Below are positions 43,158-52,701 of a stretch of DNA of 64,000 nt, piece after piece (positions within the stretch are counted from its first letter, which is position 1; each line of letters starts with the position of its first letter). The position numbers were made by a program, and so were the translations under genes. The DNA is from Acidimicrobiales bacterium (GTDB lineage: Bacteria; Actinomycetota; Acidimicrobiia; Acidimicrobiales; CATQHL01), in the NCBI GenBank assembly GCA_965220035.1, contig CBDCPC010000001.1, forward strand, positions 1,640,118 to 1,704,117, read 5' to 3'. Below the pieces are notes generated by a model that ran no database searches, was not told the DNA's origin, and saw only the letters and a program-made list of their open reading frames with translations.

Positions 43158-44342
43158 CTGAGTACCTTCTCCCGTCCCCGCCCGCCGGCGGTGGTCGTCG
43201 GCGCCTGCACGCTGTCGATCGCGGTCAACTCGGCTTACGGCTACGTGCCGGGGTTCGTGGCCACGTCCCTGCGGGCCGATCTGGGCGTCGGGCGCTGGTA
43301 CGTCGGGTTGCTGGTGAGCCTCTACTTCGGGTGCGCGGGCTTGGCGTCGCTGACGGCGGGTCGCGTCTGCGACCGCGTCGGCGCGCGTCTGGCCGTGGTC
43401 GCCGGGATGACGCTGGTGGTGCTGGCCTCCGGGGTGGGTGCCGGTCTCGGTGGCTACGCCCCGTTGCCCGCCGCCGGTGTGCTGGCGGGGTTCGGGTACG
43501 CCCTCAACAACGTCGGGACGAACGTCGCCGTCGCCGGTGCCGTGAGCCGCCGTCGCCGCACCGTCTCTCTGGCGACGCGGAGCTCCGGCATCCTCCTGAT
43601 GAGCGCTGTGAGCGCAGCCGTCGCTCCGGTCGTTGCCAGTCGCTGGGGTTGGGAGTGGGTGTTCGGCGGCCTGGGTGTCGGCGGTGGGGTGATGGCAGTT
43701 GTGGCGCTGGGAGTCCTACCGGGCGACAGGGGTGAGCCGCTCCAGTTGCTGGAGCGCCGCTCGCACAGCCTGCCGAAAGGGTTCGTCTGGTTCCCGGTTG
43801 CGGCGTTCTGCCTGATCGCGGGCGCCCAACCGCTGCTCTCGTGGACCGTGCCGTACGCGGAGGAGTCGCTGGGCCTGTCGTCGGCATGGGCGGGCATCCT
43901 CGTCGGAGCCTCCTCGGCGGTGGGTGCCGTGGCCATGGTTGCCACGGGTGTGGGTGCTGACCGGCTGGGGTCGCAGCGGCGCATGCGCCTGCTGGTGGTG
44001 CTGGTGGCAGGGACCGGTGTCTCGTGCCTGCTGCTCGCCGCTGGCGATGTGCTCGGCCTGGGTGTGGCCATGGTGGGCGTCCTCGGGGGGATCGTCCTGC
44101 AATTCGCCAGCATCGGCACGATGCACGCCACCGTCGTGGACCGGGCGGGACCCGCTGTCGCCCGCGCCACCGCCGCCACCATGACCGGCTACTACCTGGG
44201 TGCGCTCGTCTCGCCGGTGGCGTTCGGGGCGTTCGTGGACAGGGTCGGCTCGTACGAGTGGGCGTGGCTCATCCTTGGCATCGTGCTGGGGGGTTCCGCC
44301 GTGGCCTTCCGCCTCGCCGGACGGATCGCACCAGTGGATTGA
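43158..44342 (+). CDS. MFS transporter (paralogue of 8294-9472)
   Basis: GRVCDRVGAR motif A; shares VDRAGPAVARATA.TMTGYY and AFRLAGRI with the first MFS; start uncertain. Confidence 0.82.
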   Translation: MSTFSRPRPPAVVVGACTLSIAVNSAYGYVPGFVATSLRADLGVGRWYVGLLVSLYFGCAGLASLTAGRVCDRVGARLAVVAGMTLVVLASGVGAGLGGYAPLPAAGVLAGFGYALNNVGTNVAVAGAVSRRRRTVSLATRSSGILLMSAVSAAVAPVVASRWGWEWVFGGLGVGGGVMAVVALGVLPGDRGEPLQLLERRSHSLPKGFVWFPVAAFCLIAGAQPLLSWTVPYAEESLGLSSAWAGILVGASSAVGAVAMVATGVGADRLGSQRRMRLLVVLVAGTGVSCLLLAAGDVLGLGVAMVGVLGGIVLQFASIGTMHATVVDRAGPAVARATAATMTGYYLGALVSPVAFGAFVDRVGSYEWAWLILGIVLGGSAVAFRLAGRIAPVD

Positions 44343-44375
44343 GAGTCGCCGCTGCCTCCCGGTGGCGCGTCGCCC

Positions 44376-44437
44376 GGAGACTGCTGAGTAATGCTCCACG
44401 ATTTTTCACCTGTCATTCCGGCGAAGGCCGGAATCCA
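44376..44437 (+). repeat. TIR-like end GGAGACTGCTGAGTAATG plus REP hairpin (44412-44437)
   Basis: GAAG-loop variant of the REP. Confidence 0.85.
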
Positions 44438-44671
44438 GGATCCAGCGGATCTGCCGGCGCTCGCCGTCCCGTCGGGTTGGTCCGCACGAGCGGATCGGGT
44501 CTCGGGGCGCGGGACTAGCCTTCGGTCGACCATGAGCAACGCGGTTGAACCCTCCGCGTCGGGGTGGCCGGGAGTCCGCCGCACCGAACGCGACGCGCCA
44601 CCGACGGAGGTCGCGAACGTCCCGGACGCTCGGGTCGCCCATCGCCCGGCCGACCCCCTGAGGACACGCCG

Positions 44672-47011
44672 GTGAGTGCTCGGTTCGTCGGCCGCAGCAT
44701 CCCGCGGGTCAACGACGAGACCATGCTGCGCGGCTCGGCGCGCTACGTGGCCGACCTGGCGGGCGCGATGGGGGGCGTGCGACACGCCGCTGTCATCCGC
44801 AGCACGGTGGCTCACGGGATCCTGGAGGGCTTGGAGGTCGGCGACCTACCGCCCGGTGCCCACCTGATCGGGCCCGAGGAACTGCGGACCCGGGCGAAGG
44901 GCGGCTTCCCCGTGCTGTGGCATCTGGCCGAGCAGAACCAGACGTCCACGCCGCTGCTGGACGACCGGGTGCGCTACGCGGGCCAGCCGGTCGGCGTGGT
45001 CGTCGCCGGCAGTGCCGCTGCCGCCGCCGACGCCGCCGAGACGATCCTGCCGCTCATCGGGGAACTGCCGGCGGTGATCGACCCGCTCGAGGCGCTCTCC
45101 TCCGGGGCGCCTCGCCTGTGGGACGGCGTGGAGGGCAACCTGCTGGCTGCGTGCACGGCCGGCGACAGCGCCGAGCACACCGAGGCGGTCTTCGCCGGCG
45201 CCGACCGGCGGCTTCGCACCCGGCTGGGGATCGGGCGGCTCAGCGGGGCACCCATGGAGGGCCGGGGCGTGCTGGCCTACACCGAGCCGACCGGCAAGCT
45301 GGTCGTGCACACGTCCACGCAGGTGCCGCACGGGGTGCGCGACGTCATCTGTGCGGTGCTGGGTGTTCCCCAGCATCGGGTGCGCGTGGTGGGGCCCGAC
45401 GTGGGCGGTGGGTTCGGTCTCAAGGACCACCTCTACGAGGACGAGATGATGGTGATCATCGCCGCGCTCACGCTGGGACGCCCCGTGCTGTGGACCGAGA
45501 CCCGGACCGAATCACTCCTGGCGACCACGCACGCGCGGGGCGAGATCTGCGAGGTGGAGGTGGCGTTCGACGACGACGGCACGCTGCGCGGCCTCCGTGT
45601 CGACGCGGTGCGCAGTGCCGGTGCCCAGTGCAGCATCTTCTCCGGAGGGCCGCTGTTCGTGGCCCTCGGTATGGCACCGGGGCCCTACACCTGGGACGCC
45701 GTGCGGGGCACCGGGCGCCTCGTGGCCACCAACACGATGCCGACGGGCGCGTACCGGGGGTTCGGCCAGACCCAGGCGACCCTCTTCGGCGAGCGGGCAG
45801 TGGAACTGGTGGCCCGCGCGTTGGGCCGTCACCCGGCCGACGTGCGGGAGCAGAACATGATCCGCCCCGAGTCCCAGCCCTACACCACCCGCACGCACGT
45901 CACGTACGACAACGGCGACTACGCCGCCCCCCTCCGCCGCGCCCGCGAGTTGATCGAGGAGCGGGCGGGCGCCGAACCGCCACCGCCGGGTCACGGGCCG
46001 CTGCGCGGTGTCGGCTACGCCTCCCACGTGCAGTTGGCAGGCGTCGGGCCCAGCTTCCTCAACGAGATCCTGGGACTGCGCATCGGCGGCTACGAGAGCG
46101 CCGTGGTGCGCATGGAACCCGACGCCGCCGTGCGCCTCTACACCGGCGTGTCGCCCCACGGCCAGGGTCTGGAGACCACCCTGGCGCAGTTGCTGGCCGA
46201 CGAGTTGGGTGTCGACGTCGCCGACGTGGAGGTGATTCACAGCGACACCGACGTCACCCCCTACTCGGCCTACGGAACAGCCGCCTCCCGCTCGATCGCG
46301 CTGGGCGGGGGCTCCGCGCTGGTCGCCGCCCGCGAGCTGGCCGGGCGGATACGGGCCATCGCCGCCGACATGCTGGAGGCCAACCCCGCCGACCTGACGC
46401 TCGGCGGCGGGCGGGTCACCGTGGCCGGCACAGCTGCCTCCGTGCCGCTGGCCGAGGTGGCCGCGGCGGCCCACCGGGGATTCCGGCTGCCCGACGGCCA
46501 AGCCCCGGGCCTCACTGCCTCGTACATCTACGACCCGCCAAGCCCCACGTTCTCCTTCGCCACCCACGCCTGTGCCGTGGCCGTCGATCCCGAGTTGGGG
46601 GGTGTCGAGATCACGGACTACGTCGTGGTGCTGGACTGCGGCACCGTTGTGAACCCGGTGATCGTCCGCGGGCAGATCCACGGCGGAGCCGCCCAGGGCA
46701 TCGGTGCCGCGCTCAGCGAGGAGATCGTCTACGACGCCGACGGCCAGCCCCGCACCACGACGCTCGCCGACTACCTCGTGCCCACGCCCGACACGCTCCC
46801 GGACTTCACCGTGGAGCATCTCGAGACGCCCAGCCCCTACACGCCCGGCGGCATGAAGGGGATGGGAGAGGGCGGCACCAACGCCGCCTTCTCCTGCGTG
46901 ATCAACGCCGTGCTGGACGCAATATCCGGCGCCGGCACCATGCCCGAAGCCACCCTCGCAACGCCGCTGTCGCCTCAGCGCATCTGGCAGGCTCTGCGGC
47001 CCAACGGCTGA
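44672..47011 (+). CDS. Xanthine dehydrogenase / CoxL-family molybdopterin-binding subunit
   Basis: HTSTQ, VGGGFG, AYRGFG, HGQG.ETT, GQIHGG..QGIG, KGMGEGG. Confidence 0.92.
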   Translation: MSARFVGRSIPRVNDETMLRGSARYVADLAGAMGGVRHAAVIRSTVAHGILEGLEVGDLPPGAHLIGPEELRTRAKGGFPVLWHLAEQNQTSTPLLDDRVRYAGQPVGVVVAGSAAAAADAAETILPLIGELPAVIDPLEALSSGAPRLWDGVEGNLLAACTAGDSAEHTEAVFAGADRRLRTRLGIGRLSGAPMEGRGVLAYTEPTGKLVVHTSTQVPHGVRDVICAVLGVPQHRVRVVGPDVGGGFGLKDHLYEDEMMVIIAALTLGRPVLWTETRTESLLATTHARGEICEVEVAFDDDGTLRGLRVDAVRSAGAQCSIFSGGPLFVALGMAPGPYTWDAVRGTGRLVATNTMPTGAYRGFGQTQATLFGERAVELVARALGRHPADVREQNMIRPESQPYTTRTHVTYDNGDYAAPLRRARELIEERAGAEPPPPGHGPLRGVGYASHVQLAGVGPSFLNEILGLRIGGYESAVVRMEPDAAVRLYTGVSPHGQGLETTLAQLLADELGVDVADVEVIHSDTDVTPYSAYGTAASRSIALGGGSALVAARELAGRIRAIAADMLEANPADLTLGGGRVTVAGTAASVPLAEVAAAAHRGFRLPDGQAPGLTASYIYDPPSPTFSFATHACAVAVDPELGGVEITDYVVVLDCGTVVNPVIVRGQIHGGAAQGIGAALSEEIVYDADGQPRTTTLADYLVPTPDTLPDFTVEHLETPSPYTPGGMKGMGEGGTNAAFSCVINAVLDAISGAGTMPEATLATPLSPQRIWQALRPNG

Positions 47012-47059
47012 ACTGCCCACCCCGCGCTCGTGTGTCGAGGGGCGGGCCCCGGCGCCGGC

Positions 47060-47290
47060 TCAGGAGCCGGCGGACGTGTCCTCGCGAAGCCCGAGGTGAC
47101 CCTCGACGCGAGCCAGGCGCTCGCACACGACGGCGAGGCGCTCGCACACTCCGGCGAGGCGCTCGCGCACTCCGGTGAGTTGGTCGCGCACTTCGGCGAG
47201 TTCGCCGCGCAGCCCGACGAGGTCCTGGCGAATCCAGATCAGCACGAGTGTCAGGAGGCCGAGGATCGGGCCGAGGATCGCCGCGTCCAT
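47060..47290 (-). CDS. Small membrane-anchored coiled-coil protein with heptad repeats (76 aa)
   Basis: MDAAILGPILGLLTLVLIWI TM helix; 21-bp repeats encoding V(R/C)ERLA(G/V); leaderless TAGGCT-6nt-ATG. Confidence 0.7.
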   Translation of the reverse strand: MDAAILGPILGLLTLVLIWIRQDLVGLRGELAEVRDQLTGVRERLAGVCERLAVVCERLARVEGHLGLREDTSAGS

Positions 47291-47415
47291 GTCGTCAGCC
47301 TAAACCAGTGCAGCCGGTGGCAGCGCAGCGGTCTCGCAACGGCCGCGCACGCTGCAGCGACGCCGCCATCCTGGACCACCCCCAAGCCCTGTCGTATGTC
47401 TCTGGGTGCATTGGA

Positions 47416-47434
47416 TTCATGATTATATCATGAA
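47416..47434. promoter_or_regulatory. AT-rich perfect inverted repeat, putative operator or recombination site
   Basis: TTCATGAT-TAT-ATCATGAA. Confidence 0.45.
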
Positions 47435-47507
47435 ACGATACAGATATGACACCGCTTTCTCCGATCTGATCAGCGTCGTGCCGGGGACGGGCCGCTCACG
47501 ATCCTCA

Positions 47508-47632
47508 GCGTGATCAATGCCGTCCTGGACGCACTATCCGCCGCTGGCTCCATGCGCTGAGCCACCCTCGCCACGCTCGCCACCCCGCTCTCGTCCCAGC
47601 GCATCTGGCAGGCCCTGCAACCTGCCGGCTGA
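47508..47632 (+). pseudogene. Duplicated, degenerate 3' end of the xdh-like gene
   Basis: VINAVLDALSAAGSMR*ATLATLATPLSSQRIWQALQPAG* versus VINAVLDAISGAGTMPEATLATPLSPQRIWQALRPNG* (46896-47011). Confidence 0.85.
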
Positions 47633-47689
47633 CGCCCCGCGCCGGCCGTCACTGGCGAGCTGAGGAGGCCCACCGTCCCGTGGTCGTGA

Positions 47690-48064
47690 CTACGTTGCCG
47701 ACGGTGGTGAAGCAGCCGTCGTAGCCGGCCTCGGCTGCTGTGGTCGGAAGTTGAGCGCCCGCTCCAGATTAGACAGATATTCCGCGAAGGCGCGCCGCCC
47801 GCTCGCCGTTGATTGGACCCAGGTCCGCGGCTTGGAGCCTTGGAATTCCTTCGCAATTTCCACGTAGCCCGCCTGCTGGAGCTTGCGCAGGTGGATGGTC
47901 AGATTTCCACCCGTGAGGGCGAGGGTCTCCTGGATGAATCCGTAAGCCAGCCGGTCTGCCTCCGGGACGGAGACGAGCACGGTCATGATGCGCAGCCGGG
48001 TTGCCTGATGGATTGTCTCATTGAGGACGATCGCCTCGCCGGTGGGAGAGGCGGCGGCGCTCAC
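47690..48064 (-). CDS. Winged-helix transcriptional regulator (MarR/ArsR-like, HTH_34 type)
   Basis: LNETIHQATRLRIM...LTGGNLTIHLRKL..AGYV...KPRTW...GRRAF. Confidence 0.88.
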   Translation of the reverse strand: MSAAASPTGEAIVLNETIHQATRLRIMTVLVSVPEADRLAYGFIQETLALTGGNLTIHLRKLQQAGYVEIAKEFQGSKPRTWVQSTASGRRAFAEYLSNLERALNFRPQQPRPATTAASPPSAT

Positions 48065-48705
48065 CAGCTGTGCCTCTTCTTGGCGATCCGGGCGAGTGCG
48101 AGTGCGGCCACAGCCAGCAGCGTCGCTCCCGAGACGGCCGGCGCGATGTCACCCGCGGCGTAGAACGGGATGTAGAACGCAGCGGCGTAACCCGCGCCCG
48201 CCGCCGCGATCAGGGGGCGGTGCATGATTCCGAAGAGGATGTGGCCGAGTACCACGACGCCGACGGCGACGAGCGCGATGCTCTCGCCTCTCTCGGCGAT
48301 GTCTACGTTCCACAACCCAGCGGCCCCTGGAATGAGGAACGCAGCGGCGACCACGGTGAGCCAGAACAGGAATACCCGGATTCCGGCGCTGCGCGCGGCC
48401 TCTCCGGCTCCGGTGCGTCGGCCCGCTCGGTGCCCGATGATGGAACTGGCCACCATGCCGCACGCGCCAAGCCCACCCCATAGCGGCCCCGGGAACCATG
48501 GGACGCGCTCGACAAAGTCCGTTGCCAGCGTGGTAATGGCGTACTGGGAGAGATAGCCAACCCCAGCGATCGCGGCCCAGAGTAGGAGGATCGTCGTGCT
48601 CCCCGCGACGTACATGGACCTCCGGGCATCGTCGACCGTGGTGTGGATGGACGCCCAACTCTCACTGTCGGTGAGGCTTCTCGCGTCCGAATCCAGTGTC
48701 TGCAT
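48061..48705 (-). CDS. Membrane protein (about 6 TM), coupled to the HTH regulator
   Basis: Hydrophobic helices; GGAGG RBS; GTGA overlap with the regulator. Confidence 0.75.
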   Translation of the reverse strand: MQTLDSDARSLTDSESWASIHTTVDDARRSMYVAGSTTILLLWAAIAGVGYLSQYAITTLATDFVERVPWFPGPLWGGLGACGMVASSIIGHRAGRRTGAGEAARSAGIRVFLFWLTVVAAAFLIPGAAGLWNVDIAERGESIALVAVGVVVLGHILFGIMHRPLIAAAGAGYAAAFYIPFYAAGDIAPAVSGATLLAVAALALARIAKKRHSW

Positions 48706-48729
48706 CTGTCTGCCTCCCGTGATCGAGTA

Positions 48730-48748
48730 TAGTTTGTAATATAAACTA
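48730..48748. promoter_or_regulatory. Putative autoregulatory operator
   Basis: TAGTTT-N7-AAACTA inverted repeat overlapping a TATACT-like -10. Confidence 0.5.
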
Positions 48749-48825
48749 GTTTGTGTCACATAGCAAGCGCGGCTGCGCGCCAGTGGTCGGGAAGCGGCCC
48801 GCCTAGACCTGGCGCATCAGCGGGT

Positions 48826-50454
48826 TCAGGGCGAGTGCGTGTATGTAACGGCGTGGCAGGCGGCGAGGTAGGCGTAGGTGATGGCGCGGGCGTTGGCGAG
48901 ACCGCCGACATAGCCGGGCTGCTCGACGTGGGCGGCGGCGTTGCCCGTGGCGTACAGCCCCGGAACGGCGGAGCGGTCCTCGCGCAGCACCTGCGCGTCG
49001 CTGTCGATCAGCAGGCCCGTTGAGTAGATGCCCGTACCCAGCAGCTTGAGGGGGAGCCCCCAGAACGGCGGCTCGCGCAGCGAGCCGAGGTTGGGATTGG
49101 GCGACTGGTTGGGATCCCCGGCCCGCAGGCGGCTGTAGGGGAGCGTGCCCCGGCCGAACGCGGGGTCGTCCCCTCCCTCAGCGCTCTCGTTGAACGTGGC
49201 GACCTGCGCCAAGAGCCCGTCGGGATCGATGCCGAGCACGGCAGCAAGATCGTCGAGCCGCGGCGCCTGCGCCAGATTGGCGGGCCACTCGGTGGCGTCA
49301 CCGAGCCGGTAGCGCGTCCGGTAGCGGTTGTCCCCGACGAGGTAACAGGGGTAGTTGGGGAACCGCCCCGTGGCGTCGCGTTCCTTCACCGCGCGTAGGA
49401 GGAACCCGTAGAAGCTCTCGTCGCCGAAGCGCCTGCCGTCCCGGTTCACCACGATGGCGTGCGGCAGCCCGAGCGCCCGTGACAGCTCGCGGTGCAACGG
49501 CACATCGGTCCCGGGATGGCGCTCGGTCGGGCTCTCGTAGCCGAAGATCGTGAACGCCTGCCCGGCGCGTACCCGGGCGGCTCCTGTGGTCTCGACGAGA
49601 GCGAGGGCGTCGCCATCGAGCACGGGCGGGGAAGCCTCGAAGATCTCCGGCAGGCCCTCCACCTCGGCCGCGTACGGGGCGTTGCCGTAGCTGCCCGAGG
49701 CGATCAGGACGCCGCGCCGGGCGACGATTTCCAGGCGCGAGCTGCCCTTGTCGACGACAGCACCGGATACCCGGTCGCCTGTCTGGATCAACTCGACGCA
49801 GCGCGCCCCGAGCAGGATCGGCACTCCCCGCTGCACCAGGGCTGCGGCGGCGAAGCCGGCGGACAGCCCCGGCCCCCACGTCCAGAAGTCGCTCTCGCGG
49901 CGCTGGCGGTGCAGGTCGGCGAGAACGTCACCCGCAACCAGATCCCCACCGGCCCGGCGCACCTCGTCGTGGGTCAAACCGAGCAGACGGAAGTGGGGCG
50001 AACTGCGGCACAGGTCCCGCCACGGCCCCAGCCTGTCGCCCTCGACGGTTACTTCGAGGATGCGGCCGCCCGGCTTGGATCCCGGGGCGTCGGGATGGTA
50101 CTGGTCGCCGAGCCCGGTGGTCTGGAACCGCACGCCGAGGCCACTGAAGTACTCCACGGCCTCGGGGGCGCGCCGGACGAACGTGTCCAGCAGTTCGTCG
50201 TCGAACGTGGCGGCGTCACGTGCGACCCAACGCAGATACGTGGTGGTCTCGTCCGCGCTGTCCTCGAGGCCGGCGCGTCGCTGGAGGTGGTTGTTGCCGA
50301 CCCAGACCACGCCGCCGCTGTAGGCGGCGACACCTCCGATGAGCGGCGACTTCTCCACGACGAGCACTTGCAGTCCGGCGTCGGCTGCGCGCAGAGCGGC
50401 GGCGAGCCCGCCGAGCCCGCCCCCGATGCACAGCAAGTCGCATTCGCGGCCCAT
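48826..50454 (-). CDS. FAD-dependent oxidoreductase, KstD (3-ketosteroid dehydrogenase)-like
   Basis: GGGLGG, EK...GGVAAYSGG, VNRDGRRFGDE, DPAFGRG, GLYATGN. Confidence 0.82.
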   Translation of the reverse strand: MGRECDLLCIGGGLGGLAAALRAADAGLQVLVVEKSPLIGGVAAYSGGVVWVGNNHLQRRAGLEDSADETTTYLRWVARDAATFDDELLDTFVRRAPEAVEYFSGLGVRFQTTGLGDQYHPDAPGSKPGGRILEVTVEGDRLGPWRDLCRSSPHFRLLGLTHDEVRRAGGDLVAGDVLADLHRQRRESDFWTWGPGLSAGFAAAALVQRGVPILLGARCVELIQTGDRVSGAVVDKGSSRLEIVARRGVLIASGSYGNAPYAAEVEGLPEIFEASPPVLDGDALALVETTGAARVRAGQAFTIFGYESPTERHPGTDVPLHRELSRALGLPHAIVVNRDGRRFGDESFYGFLLRAVKERDATGRFPNYPCYLVGDNRYRTRYRLGDATEWPANLAQAPRLDDLAAVLGIDPDGLLAQVATFNESAEGGDDPAFGRGTLPYSRLRAGDPNQSPNPNLGSLREPPFWGLPLKLLGTGIYSTGLLIDSDAQVLREDRSAVPGLYATGNAAAHVEQPGYVGGLANARAITYAYLAACHAVTYTHSP

Positions 50455-50570
50455 GACGTGTACTCCGATCGGCGACGCAGGACCGATGTCCCGCCGCGGG
50501 TGGGGGGAACATGCTCCCTCGGCCCGACGCCCATCCTCCGGCGCTAGTCAGGGGACCGTACCATTGGCCG

Positions 50571-51953
50571 ATGGCTCCGACTCCAGCGTCGGCGACCGCG
50601 ACCGGGCGCCTGGCCGGCTTCCTCGTGGGCATGCGGACCGAACGACTGCCCGGAGATGTGGGACACCAGACTCGCCGGCTGTTGCTGAACGCGGCGGCCG
50701 CGTCGGTTGCCGGTCACGATCATCCCGCCATCGAGCGGCTGCGGGAGTGGGCGATCGATGGCGCCGCAGGTGGCGCGGCCCGCCTGCTCTGGCACGGGGA
50801 CCGGACCAGCGGCGACCGGGCCGCCCTGGTGAACGGGGCGATGCTCGAGGTGCTGGACTTCAACGAGACCCACATCGAGGCGTTCGTGCACCCCACGGCG
50901 CCAGTGTGGCCGGCTGTGCAGGCGGCGGCCGAGTTGTCGGGTGCCTCGCTGGCCGATGCGCTCACGGCGATGGCCCTTGGCATCGAGGTCGAGTTGGCGG
51001 TGGCGACGATGCTGATGGCCGCGCACTACGAGCGGGGATTCAATCCGGCGGTTGCCGCGGGCGCCGTTGGAGCCGCGGCGGGCTGCTCGGTGATCCTGGG
51101 CTTGGATGTCGAACGCACGGCCAACGCGCTGGGCCTCACCGCGCTCGGCGGCGCCGGTCCGCTGGAGGCTCTCGGAACCGACGTCCATCCCTACCGCATC
51201 GGCGACGCCGCCCGCAGCGGGTTCGTGGCCGCCGCCCTGGCGCGGCGGGGCTTCACCGCTCCGCTCACGGCAATCGACGGCGAGCACGGCCTGCTGGCGA
51301 CGGTCGCCGAGCGCGATCCGGCAAGGATCGAGAGTGCCCTGGGGTCTCTCGGCGACGACTGGCGGATATGCGGCCCCATCGCCTTCAAGCGCTATCCCAC
51401 CGAGACGATCAGCCAGGCCCCCCTGGACTGCGCATTGAATCTCCGGGGGCGCACGCCGCCGGAGAGGCGTTCACAGGTCGCCTCGATGACGTTCGCGGTC
51501 GCCCCGCTCGTCGCCGACGTGAACCGCAGCCGGCGCGAACGGTTCGCCACGCCCGCCGACGACCAGCAGGCCCGCTTCGACGGGAGCTACTGCGCCGCCG
51601 CCGCGTGGTGCCGCGGACGCTTCACGGTCGAGGAGCTGGGTGCCGGAACGCGCTCCGACCCTGCTGTGCTGGCGCTGCGCGACAAGGTCAGGTTCGTGGC
51701 CGATGAAGGCAGGCGCATGGAGAGCACGTCGCTCGAGGTGACCTTCGCCGACGGCACCACCGAGCACGCCGCAACCGAAGCGTTCAACGGATCGACCGCG
51801 AACCCGCTGAGCGACGAGGACCTTACGGCCAAGCTGACCGGCAGCGCCACCGGCGTCATCGACACCGGCCGAATCAACGCCATCAGCGCGGCGATCGTCG
51901 GTGACAGCCTCGACGTCGCGGTGCCCGACTTTGTAGCTCGGCTTGTGCTCTGA
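50571..51953 (+). CDS. MmgE/PrpD family protein
   Basis: AALVNG...LDFNETH...HP, ALGIEV, FKRYP. Confidence 0.87.
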   Translation: MAPTPASATATGRLAGFLVGMRTERLPGDVGHQTRRLLLNAAAASVAGHDHPAIERLREWAIDGAAGGAARLLWHGDRTSGDRAALVNGAMLEVLDFNETHIEAFVHPTAPVWPAVQAAAELSGASLADALTAMALGIEVELAVATMLMAAHYERGFNPAVAAGAVGAAAGCSVILGLDVERTANALGLTALGGAGPLEALGTDVHPYRIGDAARSGFVAAALARRGFTAPLTAIDGEHGLLATVAERDPARIESALGSLGDDWRICGPIAFKRYPTETISQAPLDCALNLRGRTPPERRSQVASMTFAVAPLVADVNRSRRERFATPADDQQARFDGSYCAAAAWCRGRFTVEELGAGTRSDPAVLALRDKVRFVADEGRRMESTSLEVTFADGTTEHAATEAFNGSTANPLSDEDLTAKLTGSATGVIDTGRINAISAAIVGDSLDVAVPDFVARLVL

Positions 51954-52163
51954 GAGCTGCCTCGCGTGGACCCACAGGGGTGTTTCTGGGTGCGTCGGGT
52001 CTCACGAGCAGTCATGGTTGCGGCGGCTGAACCACGCGAATTGGGGAGGTCCTCAACCCACCGATCGCGGACCGCGGCCCGAAATCATCCGACGAGTTCG
52101 ACAACTCCACCACTCGTCGCCGGACGTTGCCCGCCGGGTAGGGCTGCTGTTACCGTCGTTCGC

Positions 52164-52487
52164 ATGTCAGCAGAAGATTGGGAAAAGATTCCCGGCTACG
52201 AGTGCCGCGCGTATCGTCGTGTGAAAGAGACAAGAATCCCATGGTGTGCCAATTGTGAAGCGGTCGGTACTGAGGACTTGTCCATCTTCTATGTTGCGCT
52301 CGACGGTGCCGGTGGTGTTTCCTTGATCTGCTCGGACTGTGTCGATCGAGTCGGGGCGCAGCCTGCATACCGAATTGTCCGTACCGCGCCAGACGATCCG
52401 CCCCCAACTGAGCGAGCCACGACTCAACGGCATTGTCGGCAACGTCGCGATCTGTGGTCCTGCCGACACTTTCGCGTTCACCCGTAG
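52164..52487 (+). CDS. Hypothetical small protein with two CxxC motifs
   Basis: CANC...CSDC; lower-GC islet; competing minus-strand ORFs. Confidence 0.3.
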   Translation: MSAEDWEKIPGYECRAYRRVKETRIPWCANCEAVGTEDLSIFYVALDGAGGVSLICSDCVDRVGAQPAYRIVRTAPDDPPPTERATTQRHCRQRRDLWSCRHFRVHP

Positions 52488-52701
52488 GCTCCAGCGACTC
52501 GCTCTCGGACTTCGTGCGGTAACGAGAGGTCGAGAAGCGACGCTCCACAAGCCATCGGCTCATCGATCGCTCCAGTTGGGGGCGTCCAGTCAGGTGGTGG
52601 GCTTTCGGGGTTGAGCCGCGCCGCCTAGCGGCACGAGGGTGGGCAGCGCTGGGTGCGGAGTGCCGCAGCCTTGTCTCACGCCTGGTACAAACTGGGGAAT
52701 C

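Noticed and set aside
44672-47011. Aerobic CO dehydrogenase (form I CoxL)
   Set aside because: The active-site loop is AYRGFG rather than AYxCSFR, and no coxM/coxS are adjacent
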